Shown one piece after another: positions 38,601 to 49,835 of a DNA stretch of 64,000 nt. How positions within the stretch are numbered: position 1 is the stretch's first letter; each line of letters starts with the position of its first letter. A program made the translations under genes and the position numbers. This stretch comes from Camelus dromedarius (lineage: Eukaryota): NCBI RefSeq assembly GCF_036321535.1, contig NC_087437.1:26352001-26416000 (forward strand), in the 5' to 3' direction. Below the pieces are notes generated by a model. That model did not search any database. It saw only the letters and a list, made by a program, of their open reading frames with translations, and was not told the origin of the DNA.

Positions 38601-40264
38601 CTGCTGCTGCTGCTATTGTTATGGTTATTAGCAAGGGGAGCAGGGGGAACAAGGAAAAATCTGGGAATATTTTGGGAACACTGATCTCCTGGGGATAGAA
38701 AGTTCGATATGGGAAACAACAATGTCAAAGAGAAAGATTGGAAAGGTTTGAGAATAGAGTTTCCCTAATCAAAAGTTTTACTTAGCACTGAATATGAAGA
38801 GGTCAATGATAAAAAGTGAAATGATTATAGGGAGGGTAAGACAGAGAGGCAGTGATTGTAAGTAAAGATGGGAAAGGCTAAAAATAGCAACCAGTTCTGG
38901 CAATTCTCATACAATGTATGTCTTTTTTCCATTAACTTATTATTATTACTAACATACCTAGCACTTTAATTTGATCATTTGAACACATGCAAGTGTAATT
39001 CAGCAGTTCCTCCACATCTTTATTTTTGGAAATGAACAAACTAGGGGCGAATGCATTTCATTAAATTGCCAAGGTTGATAAGCCTTAACTATAATCAGGA
39101 TGGCGGCCGGGAGAGTTTCCAGATTGTAGAGCTCATCACCAGATGCAAAGCCTCTTTCAAGGAAGTGAAATTGTGTGATTGATGGCTCAAATAAATTCAT
39201 GCCTGAAACAGGAAATAACAAGCAGTGAACAGAAAAGAAATCTACAATTAGGAAAGTAAGCAGTGTTGGGGGAAATAGCAGTTATAAAACAGCTTATTGT
39301 CAACTTAACTGAAACAGAACAAACAGTAGGCTAATTAAAGTACTGTTTAAGTACCATTGTGTTAGTTGGAATGATTTATATCAATACAGAACTTTTAAAT
39401 TAAATTCTAATTTTAACCGCTGCCCCATTTAGTAAAATCAAACACATCATGCTTGTTGCATCTTTCCTCCTGCTCGCACATGCTGTTGTTTTGTGTTCTC
39501 TGTTGTGTCTGAATTGTGGAGGAGACTTTTACATTTTCATCAAAGCCCCACAGATCAGGAGAGTGCCATTTCAGATCTTCTGTGTTTTCATCTTTTCTGT
39601 TTAGTCTTTTCTGTTCTGTAGAGTTTCCTTCTCTGCCTGAAAAATGTATTTGATCTTGCAGTTTGCAAGAGAGTAGCAGGGGATGGGAGAATTTATGAAA
39701 AATGAGATGTCAATGGCTGACAATTAAATCTCCAATATCTGCCCTTCTTTCTGAATCTAAGGAAAATAATTAGTGTAGGGGTTTAAGATGCCATTGTACC
39801 AGGGTTCCATATGGGAAAAAAATTGGGAAGCAGGAGCCAAGCATTTCTCAGAACATAATATGTAGGTGGCCCCCTGTTTGACTTACGCTAAAGGCTAGCT
39901 CTAAATATTAGTTTAGTAGTTTTATTAAAATGCTGCAGAGAAGGCTATTTGTAAATGATCTCATACATTCCTGTGTATTTAATGCTACTTTTACAATGAA
40001 GATTGCTAAATTTATATCTCCTGTTATAATCACTCCTCTTTATATCCAGATGCCTCTTGGACATCTCCATTTGGATATTTCAATCTTAACATGTACAAAA
40101 GTGAACTTCTGCTTTTTTCCCTCCAAATTTTTCTCTTTCTTCATCACCCAGGTTTCTCTATGTTATGAATGGTACCACCACTCACCCAGCTGCTCAAGCC
40201 AGAAACCTGGCAGTCATCGTTAATTCTTTTCTTTCCTCATCTTCCACATCCATCAGCAAATCTT

Positions 40265-40736
40265 TATTACCAAGTCCAAACTCATTCTGCTCACTGCACA
40301 ACAGGCTAATAAATTGGGAGACGAGGTGTTGGGACAAGAAATAATGACTTTATTGGGAAAGACAGCAGTCTGAGAATTTAGTGGGCTAATGTCCTAGAGA
40401 ATCATCTTCCCTGAGCTTTAATTCAGGCTTCCTTTATACTGAAAGAGGAGAGGGTAAAGTCCTGGTTCCAGCCAGACTCCGGAGAGGAGGTCTTAATTTC
40501 TTCCCTCCTGCAGCCATTCACTGGTAGGCCTGGTTAGAATGTTTCCTGCGAGCTAAACAAAGGTAATTTAGCTTAATGCTCATTACCTGGGAGGCAGGAT
40601 TCCTAGAGATGGGCCATTATGTGTAATTTAAGCTTAAAGGCAACATCCCTTTTGTGATTAACAAGCAATAGGATACAAAGGTTAAAGTAAAAGAAACAGA
40701 TCTAATATAGAGTCAGATTTGTCCTTCCCTATTACA
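40265..40736 (-). mobile_element. Solo ERV LTR (ERV1-like) inserted in an L2
   Basis: About 470 bp with termini tattacc...attaca (degenerate TG..CA); minus-strand TATA-like gtataaag (~40432-40439) and AATAAA (~40349-40354); L2 sequence on both sides. Confidence 0.8.
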
Positions 40737-41519
40737 TGATTATTTGAACTTCAAAATGTATCTTCATTTTAACCACTCCTTTCCATCTCTACTGCCTTAG
40801 CTTTGGTCCTGGTCATTATCTTCTTCTTGGATTAGTACTGACTTCCCTACCCTCAAGTATGCTAGTCTTGTTCACACCTTAGGGCCTTTGAACATGCTGT
40901 TCAGTTCTTTCTAGGTGCTCTTACTTAGCATTTATTTTATCTGCTTTTGATAAATAACATCATCCTGATATCCTCACTTCTCTCCTTTGGTGTATGATCT
41001 GATGAAACAGTCAATTAAGGCACCCTGATCAAGTGATGAAATATGTCACAAGATAAGCCAGTGGAAGACTTCGTCCCTGGAATTTGAACTGTGAGCAGAG
41101 TGATGAAAATGGCCAGAGTAGTACCGCAAGGATGAGAATGTTGATTCCATGGGACAATTAGAGCCACTGATTATTGATCTTGACAAGACTGTACTTCAGG
41201 CATGCGTTTAATCCTATGAGTATCCTCGTGTCCTTTAAATAAATTACATTTTTAAACCTAAATTGACTAGAGTTGGCTCCTGTGGCTCACAACCTAGGAA
41301 ACCTTGTTATTTGTTTCAGCTTATGTCAACTTTTCTTTGACAGTCTTGTACAATAAAGTCCCTCCTTTAATTCCCAAATGATTTTTCTGCATATGCTAAG
41401 ACAAGCTTCTTAGTTTTTAAATGTAGTAATGTGGTAAATCATAGTAATAAAATTTATAATGCTTTCTTACATTCAATACTATTTAATCATAGTTTTGTCT
41501 TTTATTTTATTTAATTAAA

Positions 41520-43100
41520 AAAAAAAGCTTTGTTAGTTTTAGTTTACCAATATTTAATTTTGGATTTTTGCATATCCACTCAAAGTAAGATTGACCTATG
41601 ACTTTTCTTACCTGTATTGTCTTTGTTCAGTTTTAGTATCAAAATTATACTGCCCTCATGGAATTAATTGAATAATTCTCAGTTTTTTATTCTATGAAGC
41701 GATTTGTAAAAATTTTATTATCTATTCCTTGAAAGTATGGTGAACTCATCTTTAAAACATTCTGGAGTTGATTTTTTGAGGGGAGGGTTGCAGATTTTTG
41801 AGTGCTGTTTCAATTTCCTTAGCCTGCTTAGGTTTGCTACATCTTCTCAGGTGTTTGGGCAAATTAAAACTTTTTTTTCCTAGAAAATTATTTATTTGAT
41901 TTTTTTCATATTTATTGTGTAAAGTTGTTCATAGTATTCTCTTATAATTTAAAAAAACTGCTCTATCAATAGTTGACAACTTATATTTTGGTCATACAAC
42001 ATGGGTTATATGCCACTTAGTCTTTGTTATTTGTTGAGATTCGCATTACAGCATAATATGCTGTTATTTTGAGAAAGACTCCATATGTGCTTGAATAGAG
42101 TAGCTATAGGGTTCTCTACATGTTCCTTGTGTTGTCTAAATATTCTATTTTCTTACTAATGTTTTGTCTGCTGGATTTATTAATTACTTAAAATGGCATA
42201 TAAAATTCTACTATGACTGTGATTTGCCAACTTTCCTTTGTAAGCTAGTAAATTCTTGCTTTAAATATTTTGAGGCTGTGTTTCTAGATGCATAGTGGTT
42301 CATGATGGTTATAACCTCTTTGCAAATTTTTCCATTTATCATTATTTAACAATTCTATTTATCCTGATTAACAGTGCTTTTGACTGTAGGTCTGTTTCCC
42401 CCCTTTGACAGTAATGCAGCTACACCAGCTTTCTTTTTGTTGTTATTCACTTGCATATCACTCCCCCTTCTTTTACCATCACCTTTCGGTGTCCTGTAAG
42501 TTTTATGTCCTGTTAAAAAGAATGTAACTGACAATGTGTCTTTTAACTAGTAAGTTTACCCCATTTACCTCTTTTAGAGATTATTGATTATTTCTTCTAT
42601 CCCATTTTGTATTTTCCATTTACAATACCTTTTAGTTGCTCCTTTCCTACCCCTATTCCCTTGCTTTCTATTGATTGTTTTATTTCCTTTTTTACATCAC
42701 CTGGTTTGAAAACTATTATTCAATTTCTTTGCTCTCCATACTTTTTTGCATTTCACCCCTTCGTCCTGGGTTCAATTTTCAATTTCTTGAAGATGTCCTT
42801 TAGACATTTTTCAATAAAAGTCTCTTAGAAATAAATGCTGTTTTTCCTCTGAAAATGTCTTCATTCTGCCCTCCCTTTAAAATGATACCTTAACTTGGTA
42901 CAAACTCTAGGTTGACAATTGTAATTATTTTATTTTAGTGTTGAAGATATTATTTCATTGATTTCTAGTTTCTTTTGTTGCTATTGAGAAGCCAGCTGCC
43001 ATTCCTTTGTATTTCATTCCATTTTCTGTTTATTTAAAAACTTCGGTTTTTCTTTGATCTTTAAACTTCACTACAATGTACCTAGATATGAATTTATTTT
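41520..43100 (-). mobile_element. Highly decayed L1 ORF2/ORF1 fragments
   Basis: T-rich strand with L1 motifs (ttcagttttagtatcaaaattatactg, gcagctacaccagctttcttt, ctgaaaatgtcttcattctgccc). Confidence 0.7.
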
Positions 43101-43765
43101 GTGTTTCCTTAAGAAATACTCCTGGATTGAAATTGCTGTCATGGGAAATGTTATTTTTCATTCTTTTCAGATAATGCCAAATTGTTTCCCAAAATGACTG
43201 TCTTGATCCACACTCCTGGGTTCTTACATCTTCACATTACGTTATGTCATATGAATTTTTTGATGCCTATTTTGTAAAAACTTTGTTGGCGAATAGAGAA
43301 AGACTGCTTCTCATGACCCAAACAAGAAGGGAAAAGTTGAAATTGTATGTCAGTCATTTTTGTATGAAAGAAGGAAGCAACTTATCTCAAGGGAAGTAAT
43401 GACCAGGTCATTTTTTAAGGCATTTAAACTTAAACAGAACTTTTTTTTTAAATTTAACTTTTCTCAATTCCCAGAAAATAAGTAGACTTTGTTGAAAAAT
43501 GCTTTTGACTGATACCTGTTATTTTGTGTTCTAAACTTTTCACTTAATATCTTACAAGATGAACTTACTGATTAGTTTAGAACTTGGTAAAGAAATGGGC
43601 ACTTTCTAATTTTTGTCCAAAAATTCCCTAAAACAATTTTTAGCAGTTTCATTTGGTATATTTTCAAATGTGCCTGTTCTATACATAAATGGATTCTTTC
43701 TGGATTCTATTTGTTATTTGTTTTTTGGTTTCCTTTAAAATTTTTCTTTTTAAAATTAAAAAAAA

Positions 43766-43887
43766 TTTTTTTAATGGGTGGAGGGAGGTAACTTTAGGCT
43801 TATTTGTTTAAACAGAGGTACTTGGAATTGAACCCAGGATCTTGTGCAAACTAGTCATGCACTCTACCTCTGAGCTATACCCTCCCC
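43766..43887 (-). mobile_element. Vic-1-like SINE, long form, diverged
   Basis: gaggtacttggaattgaacccaggatcttgtgc...tgagctataccctcccc on the plus strand. Confidence 0.85.
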
Positions 43888-45549
43888 TCTCTATTCTCTA
43901 TCACAGTGATAATTTTATAGTCTTCTATTGAAAATGAAAGTATCTTTTTCATCTGATTCTAAAATTACCTTTTTTTCTGATTCTAAATATAATAATGCCT
44001 AGAGTAATTTTAATGTCTGGAGTTAATCTCAGTGCTTAAACAGACTGCCTGCATTCTTTCCATTATTCAGAGAAAACTACTTCTAAGCCATTTTAGGCCG
44101 TTAATTGGATGTCCTATCTTTTTAGATGTTGTTTCTGTCTTACAATATATTGGAGGTAGGTAGTTCTACAATTTTATATGCTATCCGTTTGTATTTTTAG
44201 GAAGATTAAAAAAAAAACTGTCAGACAAAATCCTAAAAGCTTATTTTCTTTTATTTGTCTTTAAAAGGAGATAATTAGTGGCTGTTAGTATCATGTGCCA
44301 TATTAACCCTTCATGTTCTTGAAAGCCATAATTAAGATGCGTATCAACCTTACTGTCTAACCTACTTAAAAAACATTAGCACATTTTTGCAACCTATTTT
44401 CTTCCAATTTGGCTTCATTCAACACAGTGGGGAGAATAAATGCTTCTGAGGGTGGAGCACAATTCCTCTGCCTAAATGCACTACAAATAACACATTACCT
44501 TGTTTGTGACTGAAAGAACTATACCTATTGTGAACTGAAGGGCAAAGCCAGATTAAAATGTTCTGTACTCAACGTCCCTTTAAGGAATGAACTAAGCTCT
44601 TCTTCTTTTTTTTAACCTGTAGAATGTTCACATTACTATTTTCTACTTTTTTTGATGTCATGCAAGAAATCTGATTAAATATAAAAACCAATTTGAGATA
44701 ATTTAATGAAGAAATGCTTATAGACATATTCTAACTATACACTAATTACACCAGCCTTCACGGTAATATTCCCAATTATGACTTTTATTTATGAATTTCT
44801 TAAAGGCAAGACTATGTATTAAGTATTGAATGTCTTCACAACTGATGAAAATCTAAGAATGTATAGAATATATAGTCAAAGGATACATAGAAGAGGAAGG
44901 TACCTTTGATGGCCTTTATTTTTTATTGTAATTTGATTAAATTTTTTTTGTATTTAAATTTTGAGTAGGTTAATATTGACAAGGTTCAAAATTAGAAAGG
45001 CACAAGAGGATATACAACAGGGAGTCTTCCCATTTCTCAGCTTTCCCCGAAGTAATCAGGGCTACAAGTTACAGCCAAGGGTATTCTACAGGTGTTCTAA
45101 GTGCTAGCTCCCTCTAGCCCCTCCTAAAAGATGAGGTTGAAAGATGTGAAGCCGGTAAAGGTGCCTTTTTTTGAAATAGAAGCAGGGCCAGAATCTCGGT
45201 TTCTTGGCATTCTTAATTTTTTGCAATCTTTGCAGTAAGCCACATTGCTTCCTTACAGTGTCTAGTTGGCAACTGGTTAATCAGTGTGGATGTTCCAATC
45301 CGGGTAATTTAAATTTCAAAGTAGCTTGGTTTGAAATTGTAATCCTGAGGTTTATCAGAAGGGCGGTGGGGGAGGAGTTTTTGTTGGTTCTTCAACGAAG
45401 GCAAGAGTTTAAAAAGCTGACTTAGGGTTTAATCATATGGCTGGACTTTTGCTGAGTCTCAGGGATGGCGCGTGTCAGGCCCACAGTGCTGACGTCAGCA
45501 CGGCTCCCAGTCAGGCGTCAGGGGACTAGTGTTCAGCCCTCCGCTGCTC

Positions 45550-45670
45550 GCACCTCTAACAACGCGACCCGGACTGTAAGGGCGTTAGCCTCGGTCCCAT
45601 CCATCCCGATCTCAGCCTGGAGACGGTGCAGAGGCAATGAGGCCTCGTCCTAGCCTCTTCAGCCTGTCGG
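45550..45670 (+). other. Candidate alternative upstream non-coding first exon of RNF13; start approximate
   Basis: Near-consensus donor CGG|gtgagt at 45670/45671 inside the CpG island, downstream of the CRE. Confidence 0.45.
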
Positions 45671-46134
45671 GTGAGTGCGGTGTAGGAAAGAGGCGCGCTG
45701 GCGCCAACGCAAGGCCCGCCCATGGACAGCCCGCCAGCTGGGTCTCGGGCTCGAACAAACTAGACCGTCCAGCTCTGGCCACTCGGTCTAGTTCCCCCCG
45801 ACCCCACTGCCTCCACTTCTGGGGTCACACGGCAGGCAGCAGGATTCTACAGCCAATCTCCTTAGCCAGCCTGCTCCTTACCTCGCCAAAAGGAGATCTT
45901 TCAGCCTCTCCCCAGAAACTCGCCCCACCCTGCCCTTCCCTTCCCTTCCCTTGGAAAGAGGACAGATCACGAGGCCAAGAACGCGACTCCGCGGACTGGG
46001 CATCTCTCTGAGCCAGACTGGAGCAGGCATCGAGACCCAGCGTGGGAGTGGGAAGGCGCCGTAGCGGGCAGCTCTGTGGCCCAATAGCGTTCCTCTACCT
46101 TCTGGTGCGGGCCAATGAGATGCGTAGGGTGGGA

Positions 46135-46282
46135 CTTCCGCCTCGCCTTGGTGTTGTCGTTCGCGCTCCGACTCTGGGCGGTGGGGGTCGGTGCGGAGAT
46201 TCAGTCATGAAGTCAGGGTAGGGACTTCTCCCGCAAAGACACGGCGGGCGAGCCTTTTCGTATTGCGAGGTCAGGCTTCCAG
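46135..46282 (+). other. RNF13: Non-coding first exon (5' UTR) of RNF13; start approximate
   Basis: Strong donor CAG|gtaaga at 46282/46283, downstream of the CCAAT/ETS cluster. Gene identity rests on the known head-to-head ANKUB1-RNF13 synteny and recalled similarity to the RNF13 5' UTR; no coding exon is seen in the window. Confidence 0.78.
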
Positions 46283-46456
46283 GTAAGAGCCTCTCCCGCG
46301 TCGCGGCGGTCGGGCGGCGGGTTGTCCCCCGCGGGGCCTGGCGGGGAGAACACACCCCTTCGCCGGCCTGAAGCTCCGGGGCAGCCCCGCAGCTGAGGTC
46401 TTTGCTGCTCCTCCCTAGGCTGGGCGCGGAGGAAGCTAGGTAGTTGCAAACATTTT

Positions 46457-46460
<4 letters not shown>

Positions 46461-46498
<38 letters not shown>
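46461..46498 (+). repeat. Pure poly(A) tract (A38) inside the CpG island
   Basis: Read directly. Confidence 0.95.
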
Positions 46499-46500
<2 letters not shown>

Positions 46501-49379
46501 AGCCCTGCCTTTGGAGGGCCGAGTACTTGCTTTCCTATCCCGTGAGTTTGTATATTATCCAAAGTTGTTGGGTTATCAGTTTTCTTCTCAGATTCTCATC
46601 TTGAGGTGGCTGGAGTCTGGGAAGATGTTCGGAAGGCTTTTCTTGGTCAAGCGCTTGCCGCAGAGTCCCCGGGCGAAGTCTCTTGACTTTAGTTGTGGAA
46701 ACTCTGTAGTCTTTGGGAAAAAGAGGACAGTCGCCTCCTTCCTTTCTAAGCTTCCTCCCACCCCCACCCCCACCCCGGAAGCTAGACTGAAGGTGGGACG
46801 TGACTGCTAGGGGCAGATTACCACGTCCCTGCCCTCTTAAAGTTGGCAGCTCTGCAGGACGCTTATTGAGTTGTCCAGCACTGATGGAGAACTCTGTCCC
46901 AGAGAGGGTGTGGGCCGACATCGAAGCCAAGCGATCCCAGAAACACTCACGCATATTTGGTGGCAGCCACTAACTGTTCTCTGCCAGCGTTTGGCAAGTT
47001 TCTCTATTTTGTCTTAATCTCGCAATAGTAAATTTCAAAAACTATCGTTTCATCTTCAGTTTCAGCACCGTGGGCAGCTGCTCAGGTCCTTTGTTGTTGC
47101 CCCAAACTTGCCAGACGGTTAACTGTTCGTCAGTGATGCAGCAGGGGCAGTGATGAGAACTAATGCATTCCTTTCAACAAAGATCTGTTGTTCTCCGAGG
47201 AGAACATCGGCAGTTTTTGATACAGTATAAATAAGATGGGTGTGCCGCCGAAGAGTTCTAGTTAGAGAAACAGAGCGATTCAAGGTTTAAGGAAGGGCTT
47301 TCAAGGTGTTTTTGTTTTTGTTTTATCTATTTAAGGACAAATTTTAATGGGACGAGGAGATTAGCTCCACTTCAGAGTAACAAAACTGAACTGTGGTAGC
47401 TGTTTAAAAGAACTTGAAAAAGGAGATAAGAAGTGTAGTGCAGGGCCCATGGGGACTTATTAATGGATTTTGGAATAAATTTAATGCATTGACATAACAT
47501 TAGAAAGAAAGAAAAACTTATCAGAGGACATCCTGTGGAAGAAGAGTAAACATTATCTCATGAAGCTTTTGTTTCAGGTTTTTACAAAGAGTGTATGAGT
47601 GTGAAGAGGAAGATGTAAATGTATACCATATTATTGTGGATTATGGCAAAACACTGGCTCCCAAATTTGGGAGTCAGGCTGTGTTTAGCCTTCAGCTCTG
47701 CCACTTCCTAACTCTGTGACATTGTCTGTAAATGAGGAAGAATTGTTAAGAGTTAATTGAAATAAAATATGTCTGTTACATAGTTAAGCCTCAAAGTGTT
47801 TTTTATTTTGTTTTTGTTTTTTTGGAAATGTTTGGCTAGAAACCGTTATTTCCTTCTGTGTCAGAAATGACAGCTATTTTATTAATATGTTTGTATGTAT
47901 GTATTTATTTATTTATTAATGTATTTTTTACCTCTGCCTTACATGAAGCCAGTAGCTTGATGTCTCCATGTGTAATAATAAAGCATGTGGACAAAAGCTT
48001 GATTTACAGGGTTTAATACCGAAGAGTTTGGAGTAAGTTCTCATCTATCTTTGTTTAAAGCTCATTTTTCTCAAGCATTTTGCGGGGACCTTGAATTGTT
48101 ACCAGCATTCAGCACCCTTCCTTTGATATTTTTCTGCATCCCAGAGTAACAGATTTATCAGATGTTTTTCAGGCCCTAATTTTAGCAAAATAAGGGCAGG
48201 GTGAAGGGGATGGTAAGTTTATGCCTTTGATCTAAATTGGATGGGAAGGCATTAATGTTTTATAGTTTTTGCCATAAAGATGTATGAAATGAAATGGCTT
48301 GGTCGAATATCGTGGTATGCTTACTTCATGTTCGTAGGACCTAAAAACGGTTGACAATTTAAGTAAAAAGTATGATTTTGGACATGTTAAAATCTGGGAA
48401 TGTCTAGCAGAAGGCAGAATGAGTTTGGATCAAAATAGTGTTTTGCACCATTTGACATATTACTGCCATATGGCATTGCATATGGTAGTTTCACATTACT
48501 TAAAAAAGGGGAAAGAAGTAAGTGTTAGTTTTCTCAAAAGAAGAAACAGAATTAATAGACAAGTGAATTTTAATAAATCATGGTGGACAGTATTCTTTTA
48601 AAATTTATGTATTCATGCAAATATTTATTGAGCATATATCAAAAAATTATATGTTTTTATAATCCTTTCACATTATGCAGAAATTGATTTAGGAACAATG
48701 ATAACATATAATTGATATTGTTAGTTTACATATCATAGTACATAAATGACAATAACAGTGTAGCTAACATTGATTGTTTACTATAGACCAAACAGTTCTA
48801 TTATTTCTTGTAATAATTATTTATATTTTTCTTGTAATTCTCACTATTATCAATGTGGTAGTAGTACAGTTATCCTCTTTTTATAGATGGTGAAGTGGAA
48901 GCATCCAGAATACATATTTTTCTGAGTTCACATTAGGTTGTTAGTGGAGTAACTGGAATTTGAACCTTGGCATCCTGGCTATAAAGCCTGCCTGTCCTGT
49001 ATCATGTTTTATTAAAAAAAATACAGAATACTGTGGGACTATTTCGGATTCTTTACTTATTGGTTTGGATGACCTTGGGTAAGCTCCTTTGGCCCTTGGT
49101 TTCCTCAACTCCTTCCTCAAAAATATAATATTAAGCCATTATGTTTGTGGACATAGGATAATTTGTAAAGCCTTATACAGAATATGTGTCCAATAAATGA
49201 TATGCCTCAGCCTTTTTCTTTTCACATTGAGGATATGGGCATTTGAAAGATTGAAAGCAACTGGAGGAGGATGGTAGGAGAAAGTTTCGCCTAAGAACAC
49301 TGCCTAAGCAAAAATATAGAAGTAAGAAAGCAGAGAACATTTACCAAGGTAGTATGTTTAAGGAACAGATTGATAAAGA

Positions 49380-49835
49380 TATGAAAGCAACCTAAGTGTC
49401 CATCAACAGATGAATGGATAAAGAAGATGTGATTTGTGTATGTGTACACACACACACAGAGGAATACTACTTAGCCATAAAAAGAACAAACTTTTGCCAT
49501 TTGCAGCAACATGGATGGACTTGGAGGGCATTATGTTAAGTGAAATGAGTCAGAGAGAAAATCAAATACTGTATGATATCACTTATATGTAGAATCTAAA
49601 AAATACAACAAACTAGTAAATACAACAAAAAAGAAGCAGACTCACAAATATACAGAAAACAAGCTTGTGGTTACTGGTGGGGAGGGGCATTTTGGGGCGG
49701 GGAAGTGGGAGGTACAAACTTTTGGGTGTAAGATAAGCTCAAGAATGTATTGTGCAACATGGGGAATGTAGCCAATATTTTGTAATAGCTGTAAATAGAA
49801 AATGACCTTTAAAATTGTATAAAAATTTAAAAAGT
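49380..49835 (+). mobile_element. L1 3' UTR fragment
   Basis: aagcaacctaagtgtccatcaacagatgaatggataaagaagatgtg...gcagcaacatggatggacttggagggcattatg. Confidence 0.9.

Larger units (their letters stand above)
45450..46960. promoter_or_regulatory. CpG island promoter, probably of RNF13
   Basis: Sharp rise in GC and CpG density in an AT-rich background. Palindromic CRE TGACGTCA (45490-45497), CCAAT boxes (46081-46085, 46112-46116) and ETS motif ACTTCCG (46134-46140). Confidence 0.92.

Noticed and set aside
45465..46954. Several R/P/G-rich ORFs in the CpG island
   Set aside because: Expected by-product of high GC content; none resembles RNF13 or another protein I recognise.
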